NCBI GenBank assembly: GCA_964035545.1
Contig: OZ037766.1
Span: 4,268,722-4,332,721, forward strand
Reading direction: 5' to 3'
Origin: Bugula neritina
Taxonomy: Eukaryota > Animalia > Bryozoa
DNA length: 64,000 nucleotides
Shown: one piece after another, positions 42,301 through 53,409 of the stretch
Numbering within the stretch: position 1 is the first letter of the stretch
How the letters are laid out: every line of letters starts with the position of its first letter
The notes under the pieces: generated by a model
What the model saw: the letters and a program-made list of their open reading frames with translations, nothing else
What the model was told of the DNA's origin: nothing
Database searches by the model: none
Made by a program: the position numbers and the translations under genes

Positions 42301-43674
42301 GGCTGTCTTTACAACGCTGGTGACTACACACAGTGCATTCATGTCACTCTCACACATCTGTTTCAGCAGCGTGTGACTCATGTCCAGCTTGCTACAATTG
42401 TTAAAATATACTCTTTACGATAAATATTCACAAAATAAATACAAATCCAACTTTTCAAACTCATCTTACATAATATTTCTATTTTATTACTGCCTTAACA
42501 AGTTAGTATTGGCTAATGAGTTTTTATAATATTTAGAACAAAATCATGTTGAAATAAATTTAAAATGACTTGTAATGGCCTTAAAAGAACACTTTTCTAA
42601 AGCTCTATCATTGTGCTTTATGATTGGTAGTTAGAATCTTTACATTTTATAATCATGAGATACATGGCTGATTTGTAAGAAATTGGAATATTTTTACAAA
42701 CAGCGTATTAAATAATTTTATTTGCTAAAATATTATTATATATCTTGTACAAAGAAGTAGCTTAGTTCTACTCAATAGATATTCAGTTGGCTCACCTGCT
42801 TTTGAATTGGTTAATTAGTGATTGTTTGCAAACTTTTGATCTGTGTATTGGTCCCAGATTTGCTGCTAGTGATTTATTTCCCTTGACTGACATGTTCACC
42901 TGAAATACTTTGCTAGCCTCCACATCAACGTATCCATTTCCACTAAGATTCTCAAAATATACCAAGCTGCCAAGCGGTTCATTGTGTGAAATTTTCAACT
43001 GCAAGAAGATTATTATAAAAATTCACCATCATGAGAGCTACTCCATGTTCAAATATAAATATTTTAGAATGATTTAAACTTTAGAGTGTAGGGGGGAGCG
43101 TTTCTAGCACCAAATATTTATTAATTATGATATTTTAGACCTCAGATAACACTGTTCACTTTTAATTACTCTTCCACCAACCTCCATCTTAGGAAATCTC
43201 TACTTTCTGTACCTCCTCTACAGAATTTCTCATATTATAAGGCTCACAGCACACAGTCAATACTCGCTTGTTGTGAGCATAAATTTGATCTAAATTTAAC
43301 CAACTAGGAATCTAATGTCTAGGCGTAGATAAGAAAGTCATGCTCCCTGATATCTATACCCATGACATATTTATAAATTTTATTATACTTTATAAATGAT
43401 ATGTTATAAGTTCTAGTATACAAAATATAATGATATAATTATATCATATATAGCAGTAATTTATCACCTTATTTAGATCTTGCTCTTCCGAAACATGATA
43501 CAGTAGAAAATCTATTGGGTAGTACTTGTCGCTCTGGAAGAAGTATTTTTTCTTCTTCCTTTCTACCAAAGCCATCAGTTGTAGTTTTTCTGATTCATAG
43601 TGATTTTCATTAGGAAATAGTCCATCGCTTTCTCCCAAAAATTCCACCACTTTCTTAGTTACACACTTAAACAT
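39302..43674 (-). CDS. Gasdermin (GSDME/PJVK-like), copy B, ~487 aa, 9 coding exons
   Basis: Exons 43674-43468, 42998-42796, 42391-42247, 41882-41753, 41354-41286, 41153-41064, 40467-40411, 40113-39824, 39574-39302; GT-AG and phase-compatible. Starts [22 protein letters not shown]...KLQLMALVERKKKKYFFQ and contains IPEGAVLAYEVVELQI and KGGF. Confidence 0.88.
40752..41063 (-). repeat. 22-bp minisatellite, ~14 copies, many carrying AG|GTGAGT (gasdermin B linker intron)
   Basis: Plus-strand unit cactcacctatgtattatacta; the array abuts the exon 6 donor at 41063. Confidence 0.92.
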
Positions 43675-44269
43675 CTTCCTGGGGTAAAATCTAAAATTAT
43701 TGAATGATATTTGTAACATATATATAAATTTTATATTTTCACAACCGTATGATTGTGATCTTGCTCATATACATTACATATGCATTATCATTTATATACC
43801 AGAATTCGGTCAAGAACATGGATAAGACCCTTTCAAATTTCTGTTATAGCTTATACAACAAATATTCCTCTCCCTAACTATGTGCTAAAGCAATCACAAA
43901 CCTAGCCAACAATAGTTTGAACTTGAGTATGAAGCTATAGCATGAACCAGGAAATAGTAACATTTTTGAAGGGTTTATAGAAGGTAAATAGTGATTCTCA
44001 CAATGACATGCAACTGACAACCATAGAGTTTGTGGAAACATTATCTGACTGTATGTTTGTGAAGTGTGGAAATGTGTGAATAATTGTTTACTAGTAGCCA
44101 GCTGAAAGATATTTCCTTACACTATACAAGCACTTTTATATATTCTTATTTCAAAAAATCACTCACATTTAGGGCTATTGACTCAGGCTTATTCATGGCA
44201 CGTTCAGAGGTTTGCCTGGTATCTTTATAAACAGTTATAAATACTGTAAAGGCTGGTAGAGTTTAGAAT

Positions 44270-45045
44270 CACGGGCTTTCCATGTACCGATCTCAGATCG
44301 ATCTCGCTGAGATCGATCTGAGAAATGTGCTCAGATCGATTGTTTTTCCATGAGAGTGACAGATCGATCTAGCGAAGTTGCCTCCTCTTAAGTGAAGGAT
44401 ACTTTGAAAGTATAATTTGTTCACCTATTTGAGTGATTAAAGCTACTACTGTTGAAAACAAGGTGGTCGTAGTCTAAAATTTTATCCCAGCTATAAAGTA
44501 TACGCAGCAAAGCTTTCAGTGTATGGTAATTTGGCCAAATTAAAATAATTAATTTTAACTTTTTAGCTAGACAGCTTATATAAAATTATTGGCTGTCTTG
44601 CAGATTAATAATAAACTTACAAGACTGTTAGGCTTAAAATTACAAAGAAAATAGCTAATGAAACTAAGTTTTAATAGTCATTTAAATTCGATTTAAATTC
44701 TCCTATTTTTTTACCTTCTACTGCATATAATTGAGTTTTCTAAATCATTGTACTTAAAGTCAAAGTTTTGGCATCTGAAAAGGTGGCCATCATAATTATT
44801 TAATACTTTGCTTAGTAATTATCACTAAGTTATCATTTTTATTAGCAGACAACATTGTAGCGCGCAGTCTTTTTCTACTTCTCAGATCGATCTGGCGTCT
44901 TTCCATGGTCTTATTGACATGAGATCGATCTGAGTTCGAGCTCTACAGACCGACCAGCTCAGAACGACTGAGATCGATCTTTGCCGTCTTTCCATGGATC
45001 GATCTCGCTGAGATCGATCTGAGATCGGTACATGGAAAGCCGGTG
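44270..45045. mobile_element. Non-autonomous DNA transposon with long TIRs (cac(g/c)ggctttccatgtaccgatctcagatcgatctc), AAT target duplication and AGATCGATCT subterminal palindromes
   Basis: TIRs over 30 bp and aat on both flanks; the paralogous site near 16908 is empty. Confidence 0.9.
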
Positions 45046-45116
45046 AATGAAATAGCCTACTCTTTGACCTTTGTACTTTTTATAGACACAGGCAGTAACA
45101 GTTTCTTCTGTTAGCA

Positions 45117-45439
45117 CTGGGCTGTCAAACAGGCAGCCTCAGGGCGGGATGTGACTACCAGATTACATTTATGGCATTACACTGATTACAGTATGGCATT
45201 ACAAAAAAACTATTTTGCACGCATTACAGTAAAAAACCCTTTTAAATGCCTTATTTATATACATTCTATAAAACCTGCAACCTGCGGTAACTACTGGGAC
45301 TTCATTGTGTAATGATTCATAGGAATTTGGAATGAAGTAATTTAAAAAATACTGACGCTGCTAAAGTTTAAAATGTGGCCTTCACCACCAGAATATTCCC
45401 TTTCAGTGACCCTCAGTCTGAAAAGGTTGGACACCCCTG
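45117..45439 (+). mobile_element. hAT-type MITE, 8-bp TSD tgttagca
   Basis: Ends ctgggctgtcaaac...gttggacacccctg. The TSD is perfect and occurs once at the empty paralogous site (16854-16861). Confidence 0.92.
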
Positions 45440-46944
45440 TGTTAGCATGATGAATCCCTTAATAATTCAGTATTGTTTACAAGACAAAGAGGGGATTTGA
45501 GAGTATTTTACTCATGTATGTATCACAAAATCAGAGCAAACACCATTGAACTATAACTTATAGTTTCAGTTCAGTGGCAAACACTATGGTGAAATTTTAG
45601 CAATGAGCTCTTCAATAGAAATTTCACTTGAATTATATTTTAACTGACCGAGGAACAAATGATCAACATATGGCTACAACTTCCTAAGTAGTTCGCAGTT
45701 CAAGACCTAAACATGCAGCTGATTTCATTAGTAAAACATTCCAAATAGTGCTAATTTATTATCTGTGGATATTGTAGTATACATTTCCTAAAATAATCAG
45801 TGATACCTGGAAAGAAAACCTAATCACAACACAGCTGTGACTTAGAGGTTGAAGCTTTTACAGTCTAATTGCATGGTTGCTTATTACTTTAAAAAGCTGT
45901 AGCACTTGTAACTCTTATACATGTTTGACATAGAAGCCAACCATTTTTAAATTTCAGCTGTTTTAGTAGTAGGGGATTAACTAACTAGTAAAAGCCTGAA
46001 AGGTTGTGAATCTTGTTATGTTATTACAGCTGTTGGGATCAGTACACTTAATCCAACAAACATAAAACTTTGCTTAAATTGTCAGCAGAATTGATAAGTA
46101 TTAGTATAACCTCTAACTCTAAGTCTAAGTATATAAGTATAAGTCTAAGCTCCAGTTTATGGTAAAATATGAGCACACAGCAATTCTGTTATGAGAAGAA
46201 CATTTCATATTGGGCAAAATTTAAACTTACCTCTAAATCTCTTCAACGTAGTCTTAGACCCGATGTGACCAACAAGACAACCTAGAATATAATGAACTGG
46301 TAACCAGCTAAACAACAGTTGATATCCGTGTTAACGTGTTGACATTTGACCTCATATATAGGTCATTCAAACGTCAAGTCTAGTATAGCTACCAGGCACC
46401 ATGTCAAAACAAATATGCTATTCACAGCTTTCAGGACAAATAGTTCCTGTTGTGCAATCTATCAATGATAATGAGCCAATTGCCTAAAACTATATGCAAA
46501 ATATATGAGCTGGCAGAAAGGGTGTTAGCATACAGCCCCTCCTCAATAAAATTTGTTGATGGCAGTCAGATTTACAGCATGCTGCATGCATATGGCTCAG
46601 TTGAAAATGAAAATTGACATCATCCTATTGTTACTATAATAAACACTGTTTACTTTTGTGAGACTTTATTAGTTTTGTTGAATGGTAGCAGAACAGCGGG
46701 ACTTAACTTAAGAAAATATTGTTTAAACTTCACATCCTTGATATCCAGGTTTCTGTTATTTTTCCCTGCAGACTTTTGAATGAAAGTAACAGCACACAAC
46801 TTCCGGCAAGTTGAGTTGAAACTGAACCTGTATTGACCTAGTTATTGCAACACATGGTATTATTGTGGTGGTACCTTGTAATTTCAACTCTACAATTTTC
46901 TACAGCCAGTCATGCTTACTTCCTGGTAGTACCTGCTGCATATG

Positions 46945-47070
46945 TTGATGTGCCATTTTTACGAGTGCCATTTTTACCTGTGCCATTTTTACCTATGCCA
47001 TTTTTACCTATGCCATTTTTACCTGTGCCATTTTTACCTGTGCCATTTTTACCTGTGCCATTTTTACCTA
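46945..47070. repeat. 15-bp tandem repeat (tgccatttttacctg), ~8 copies
   Basis: Directly visible; explains the VPFLP and CHFYL pseudo-ORFs. Confidence 0.95.
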
Positions 47071-47401
47071 AAATCATACACTTACAGAGAAGTAGCTAAT
47101 GTACCTTCATCATTCCTCCACGATTTACATATGAGTTACTAATCATGCGTTGGCATATATAACACTTGTTTTTGTTTTCAGTTATAAAATATTGACATGT
47201 ACTTTATAGAAACATTGTCTTGGTGATGATATCATTCTAGATGTAATGTGTTACACAATTAGTTAGCCTGATGATTATTCTAGAAAAACATCATTTCAAA
47301 TATTAAAGATGGAGTATTTTGCTGGTATTTATGACAGCTATAACAGCTCTATCATTTATTATTTTGTTCTGTGCTACATGCTTGTCTAGCGAATAGAATT
47401 A

Positions 47402-47745
47402 GCCTAGGGCCACACGGTGCGTATTTTCGCATGCAAAAATTGAAACCACAAGTAGCAAAGGCGTCCACTGTAGCGTCAGTGATGCGTGATAAATAAAGCT
47501 TTCATTTTTAAATCGCACTCGCTTTCAATAAAACGCAATTTACTGGAATTTAGCACTAAAATAAAGAAATTGGGCTCGCTTAATAACTACCAGCCAATTA
47601 GGTGACGACGACAGAGACGATTCGCACTTGCGTTGAAAATGCAGAGCGACAAGTGCGAACGTTTTCTCAACGCGCACAGTGGACACCTTTGCTACTTGTG
47701 ATTTCAATTTTCGCATGCGAAAATACGCACAGTGTGGCCCTAGGC
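47402..47745. mobile_element. PIF/Harbinger-like MITE, ~70-bp TIRs, TTA TSD
   Basis: gcctagggccacac...gtgtggccctaggc flanked by tta on both sides. Confidence 0.88.
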
Positions 47746-48169
47746 TTAAATACATTTTACATATGAAGCTGTGCTACTTGATATCTTGCGACTATATAAT
47801 AGGATAACAAGATTTATATTATTTACATGTTTTGCAAATATTATACAACCGGTGCAAAGTTTTGTGACATTTACATTTTTTTATTAGTCATGCAGTTATG
47901 TTTCTCTTCTGCGATAGTAGTGCAACCCCATTCCCAAATGAATGTAGTGTCTAAACATTAATTTATACTAATATTAACATTACATTTGTGTAGCTCAGTT
48001 TAAGTAGCAATAATTTGTGTATAATACCTGCATAAACGTGTTTTCTTCGTGTTTCGGCATCACATGTGTTGATTGAGACACTCTTCAGGCTTATTATAAT
48101 ATACTATTCAGCCAACATAGATTGGTAGCTACTTTTAGAAATTTATAAATGCTTTCAGATGCTCTACAA

Positions 48170-48507
48170 CAGGAGTATCCAACCTTTTCAGAGTGAGGGC
48201 CACTGAAATGAAATATTTCATGGGAAGGGCTACATTGTGAAATTAAGCTTGGGCTGGGGGTCACAGCATCAGCAATTTTAAATTGCTTTATTCCAAATTC
48301 CTCTGAATCATTACACAATGAAGTCAAATAATAACTGCAGGCTGCATGTTTTTAGTATGTATAAAAATAAGAAATTTAAAAGGTGGTTTTCCCACTCTAA
48401 TTCATATACCTGTGCAAAACAATTTTATTTGTTATGCCTTTGAGAGCCACACAAATGTAGACTGAGTACCACATCTGGCCTTAAGAACCGCCTGTTGGGC
48501 AGCCCTG
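48170..48507 (-). mobile_element. hAT-type MITE (same family as 45117), TSD ctctacaa
   Basis: caggagtatccaac...gttgggcagccctg with a perfect 8-bp TSD. Confidence 0.9.
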
Positions 48508-50010
48508 CTCTACAAGTAACCTACGACTGCAAATCAGTAAATTCGTTGGTTTTCTAACTTGATGATGGAGCAGTTTTCTAATCAGATTCAGAAATATCCT
48601 CCCTCACAGGGAATCCATTACATCATTAATCTTTTGGCCAGAATGAAAGTCCCTTCAATTATTTATTGTATACATATTTATATATAAGATAATTCAGATG
48701 AATGGACTGTTGCTGAGATATATTCATATAAATGTAGTAGCGAGTGACTCAACTAGCAGGAAGAAATCATAGATTAATCAGAAGTTCATAACCGTGCTGG
48801 TAACAGGAAAAACAGGTGCAAAACAACTGGAAAAGTATATATAGGTCATGTTATGACATAATTGATTGCATGACTTCTGATGGGCTCATGGCATACCAAA
48901 TAAATCAATAAAAAGACAGGTTGTCAGTTGCTGATGATTTTCAGGGATAGAAGGCTTCTACTGAGTAAAGTATTTGATGTTACATTAGTACAACTTCAGT
49001 AGGATGTATGTGGGAGTTGCTAAAGTCAAATTCAGTTTATCACTGCAGTTTGAATTGGTTGTGAATCAGTTATTTGCAGTCACTACTCTGCAGTTTAGAA
49101 TAATATCACTAATAAAATACAAAAACATTGTAAGGTTAATGCAAATTATTTGAAAGCAGAGATAAATGTTATATATACTCAACCATTACTAAAGCCAAAT
49201 AGTTGCTGCAGTGCTGGAAATTTTAATTAGCTTGAGTTTATAGTTTTGCATTGGCATTTGGCTTTAGAGCATGGCTGTAAGCAAACAACCTCTCATGCTA
49301 TAAGTATCTGCTTATAGAGCCAAGGCTATTTGTAAAAAGAACTGAAGATCTACATTGTCTTATAAGCACCTTACTAAGACAACATTCTTGGTTGCAAATA
49401 ACTTGAAATTAATTTAATTATTCGCTATTCAATTGTTTTTTTCTTTCACTGATTTTGTAACTTTCTAACCTATGATGGCCATAATGTTACTAGAAGACAG
49501 AAAACTTTGGCAAAACATTGTTTTTCATTTTATAATAGCAAAAAGTACATATAAATTACATAAAATCTACTGCTTTTTAGCATGTTAGTGTCTTATATAA
49601 GTAATTGTACTCCAAAATTAATTCCATTCAGTTTTATTTATTGCCTTTTTTGAAAAATATATATGCTTTTATCAGTTTGAGAATCTGCAGTATTATTTTG
49701 AGTCTGAGAATAAGTTGTTTGAATTGAATAGCAATACTAAAAGCAAATAATTCCAAACTCAATAGTTGATCTCTGAGTGGATAACTCCAGGTTGATCCCA
49801 AAGTAATATTTTTGTTACGATATCAATATGATTATTCAAAATGTTCTGTAAATTAAAGCTACTTTATTCTACTACATAATAAGACAGATACTGAATTATA
49901 TATTAAATTTTAGAATAAATGACAAATTACTGTTACGTTTACACTGCAATCTTTCATTTGCTGCCTTTACGTAATCACAAGATCAATAGGCTAAGTAGAA
50001 CTGGCAGAGT

Positions 50011-53000
50011 CTAACTTTCATTCTCTACAAGCTTGTCAAGGGTTTCAAAATCTGGTGCTTCGTTAGCATTGGGATCCACAACAGCGGCTTTGTTGACATT
50101 CCCTGTAAAGGGCCCGTTCCCATTGTGGTTCGAGCCAACATTTACATTTCCTACATTTCCATGTCCATTGACTGCATTCCCGTTTCCACTTCCTGCATTT
50201 CCATTTCCATTGACTGCATTCCCATTTCCATTGGCCACATTTCCATTGTTTTTATTTCCATTGGCCACATTTCCATTGCCGATATTGCCATTGCCGATAT
50301 TGCCATTGCCGATATTGCCATTGCCGATATTTCCATTATGACCAAACCAGATTGGGCGAGGATAAAGGAAGTTGCAGTAAACTCGACATAGGCCACTGCC
50401 GTAGCTGTTGTAGTTACTGTGTCGGTTCAAGCCAATCCTGATGGCCGAGGTGGTTGGTGTCATAAAATTAGGGTGTCCTAAGTTCATGTGGTCATTGCTG
50501 CTACTGCGCATAGAAACTTGACGATTGGTAAGAGTGTAGCGGATCCAACTAAAAATATTGCAACAGTTGAAATTAGACGCGAATGAAATATTTAGCAAGA
50601 TAAAAAAACTTGTAAAACCAACAGAAAATCTGATTTTGTTAATTCTTCGCTATTGAACTAAGTATATCAGCATATATCCAAAAGTTATTTGACACCGACA
50701 CTATTATTGTAAAGACACATTTAATTTGCCTAAAAAATGGAGATGCATATACTAAAAGGTATATTCACTGATTCGAAAGGCCAATATGCATTTAGGAATA
50801 AATACATTGTGTCAAATTAAATTATAAATTGATTGACATGCTTTTTAGACAGTTTTATCTTCAAATATTGTACAAAGTTCAAACAAAACTGTGTATATGC
50901 CTTGGTTAGTCTTACTGAGTTTTAAACTTTCCTATATAATTATTAACAGAAGTGAAGCATTCCCATATAAAGAATAACTGAAACAATTCAATTGTCAACT
51001 GCTCAGTTCAATCATGAACAGTTTAGGATAAACTGCATCACATAAAAACTGAAAAAGACCGTTTAATGGACCAATACCTGTATCTATTGTCGTCAGGATG
51101 AGAATGGACGTTCTTCCAAAACATGTTGTTGGAGTTGTAAGATCCAGAACTCTTAGGGCTAATCACCGCATCCTTGCCAATACCATGGATAGTCGTTGAG
51201 GCTGATGAACTCGCTGTAATATTACAAATTTGTTAATCATTTTGAAATCTATTGTCAAGTCAGCTAAATGAAAGCACTATACCTCAAACCTACCAATAAC
51301 ATTTTAATTAGTGCTAAATGACATGAAACGATTAATAAAAATTGTTAATTTTTCCAATATTATACAAGAAGTATTACCTGAAATTTCAAACATTACTAAA
51401 GTACTGATATTGAATATCGATTAGTAATAAGTAGGGATTAGTAATACCAGTTAATTAATATTTTTAATATTATGAAATTTATTGAATAGAATCTCAACTA
51501 TTACTAAGGAACTAGCTGTAGAGCTGGGTATCTGGGAGTTGTCATACTCACAGGATGCTGATTGAGTCAGACTGTACACATAGCGGTGCTGCTCAGGCAC
51601 GTCCATATAGAAGTAGCAGTATAGTCCATCCGCTCCACTTGGAAGTTTGGCACTAATTCTGGATAAACAGACAGACTTGCATCATATATTTGTGTGTACA
51701 GTAATTCAAGTTCAGAGAAAATGTCCAATAAGTACTTGAATGTGAACACAACTTTGAAAAAATGCCAGTCTATACTTTTGTGATAATTATTATATAATCT
51801 GGTTGAAATAACTAACAACTATATTAAATTCTTTTCTACAAATAATTTTTAATGATATATATAATTTAAAAAGTCAGCAGCTTAGGTTTTCAAATTTTTA
51901 ATTTATGCTCTATGCTCTACGCCAGGGCTGTCCAACAGGCGGCCCCAGGGCCAGATGTGGCCCCCAGCTTACATTTAAGTGGCCCTCAAAGGCATAACAA
52001 AATTATTTTTCACACATATATGAATTAGAGTGAAAAACTGTCTTTCAAGTGTCTTACTTATATACATGCTAAAACATGCAGCCTGCAGTAATTATTGAGA
52101 CTTTATTGTGTATAATGATTCATGGTAATTTGGAATAAAGTCATTTGAAAATTACTAATGCTATGGCCCCCAGCTCAAGATAAATTTTACCTTTTTACAA
52201 TGTGGCCCTCACTAGAAATAATCAATTTCAGTGGCCCTCGATTCGAAAAGGTTGGACACCCCTGCTCTACGTCATATTAAAATGCTTAGCTTGGGTAAAA
52301 CTGTTTATATGTCATGCTCTACACAATCTATCAAGTAAGGTATATATAAATATTATTATAAATATAATTGCAAATTGGGTGTGAATAATATAATAATAAA
52401 ATATAATATGCCATTATATATTGTAATAGCTAATCATGATAAAATAAATTTTATTGTCGTGTATTAAAAGCTCACGATAAAATATAATCTACTATATTAC
52501 ATTAATGATCAAATGATCATGGTATATAATATAGTATGATACGATATATTTAATCATCTCGATATAATATAATAGTATTATATTTTTTTACATTATCATA
52601 GTATAGTGTAAATTGCTATATTATCTTTGTAAGTGATTATGATATATAATATAGTACAGTCGATATATCACCATAATAACTTACTGATAATTTTTCTTAC
52701 ACAGGGAATTAGGAGTGTTACTTTCTCCACTCTTCAAGACTGTAAAGTGAGATGAAGTTCTACAGCCTGAGCCAGTGTGGAGATTACAGTAAAGGTAAGC
52801 TTCAGCTGTACCTGTAAAAATAGTAAACCAGTATGTACTTGTAAAGTAGAGGTAAACTTCAGCGGTACCTGTAAAGTGTAAAGGTTGTAAACAAATATAT
52901 TAAACAATCCTGTCTCAGTAATAAATGAGCTCTTTATTTGCATATAACAAAGGATATAACAAGGGAAAACTAGCAGTTCACTTGCTTTAAAATAATAATC

Positions 53001-53341
53001 TAAATACTATTGAATAAATTATTTTCAATGATGAATTGATCATATAAAATTTTAAACATAAGTGTAATTCAAATGCATTTTTAAAGCAACAAGCAAAGGA
53101 TATATTTGAAAAATTTAGTAGATATAAAAATTCAAGCATTTAAAAACCTTATTTTACAAATCATATTAGAAGTATCAATTTTGAAATTTTTTAAAATAGA
53201 TACCTGAATATCTTTTACTTAAAAAATGTCATATGTTGCAGGCCATGCCTTCCCCCCTCCCCCCCCTAATACCTTTTTCAGTAAAATATTCATCTTACCA
53301 ATGATCAACCCAACAGCCAGCAAGAGTTTAGTGACATGCAT
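50011..53341 (-). CDS. Secreted protein of unknown family with a Gly/Asn pentapeptide-repeat tail (~310 aa, 5 exons)
   Basis: Exons 53341-53299 (MHVTKLLLAVGLII), 52811-~52703 (GTAEA|YLYCNLHTG...), 51658-51552, 51213-51078, 50548-50011. Signal peptide with an A-E-A cleavage site; tail of GNGNI/GNGNV/NGNGNA repeats ending in APDFETLDKLVENES. The exon 2-3 junction is in frame only with the weaker GTGTAA donor or an unseen micro-exon. Confidence 0.7.
51923..52264 (+). mobile_element. hAT-type MITE (same family), TSD ctctacgc/ctctacgt
   Basis: cagggctgtccaac...gttggacacccctg; 8-bp TSD with one mismatch; intronic. Confidence 0.9.
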
Positions 53342-53399
53342 CTTCTAGAATGTTCCAGTCCCCTTCTACCAGTGTGACTTCAGATAACTCTACCATCTG

Positions 53400-53409
53400 T
53401 TTATATAGG
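53400..53409 (-). promoter_or_regulatory. Candidate TATA box (ctatataaa) of the secreted GN-repeat gene
   Basis: Lies ~60 bp upstream of the ATG at 53341, in locally less AT-rich sequence. Confidence 0.5.

Larger units (their letters stand above)
15670..46550. repeat. Large inverted (fold-back) segmental duplication; arms ~15670-30938 and ~31047-46550
   Basis: Reverse-complement homology throughout. Outer ends: tgaggaagggggtgtatgctaacaccc (15676) vs gggtgttagcatacagcccctcctca (46520-46545). Inner ends: gtgaccgtgacctctcaagctttac vs gtaagcttcggaggtcacggtcac. Mirror-image ORF pairs appear in the ORF track. Confidence 0.95.

Noticed and set aside
15670-46550. Inverted duplication as an assembly artefact or two alleles
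   Set aside because: The arms differ by independent transposons, one exon and heavy protein divergence, and have a unique spacer; this is more than expected for a read fold-back. Long reads would still be the formal test.
50033-50396. Alternative-frame ORFs (LPILP, IADIA, AMAIS repeats)
   Set aside because: Shadows of the 15-nt coding repeat; only the GN frame connects to the spliced signal-peptide exons.
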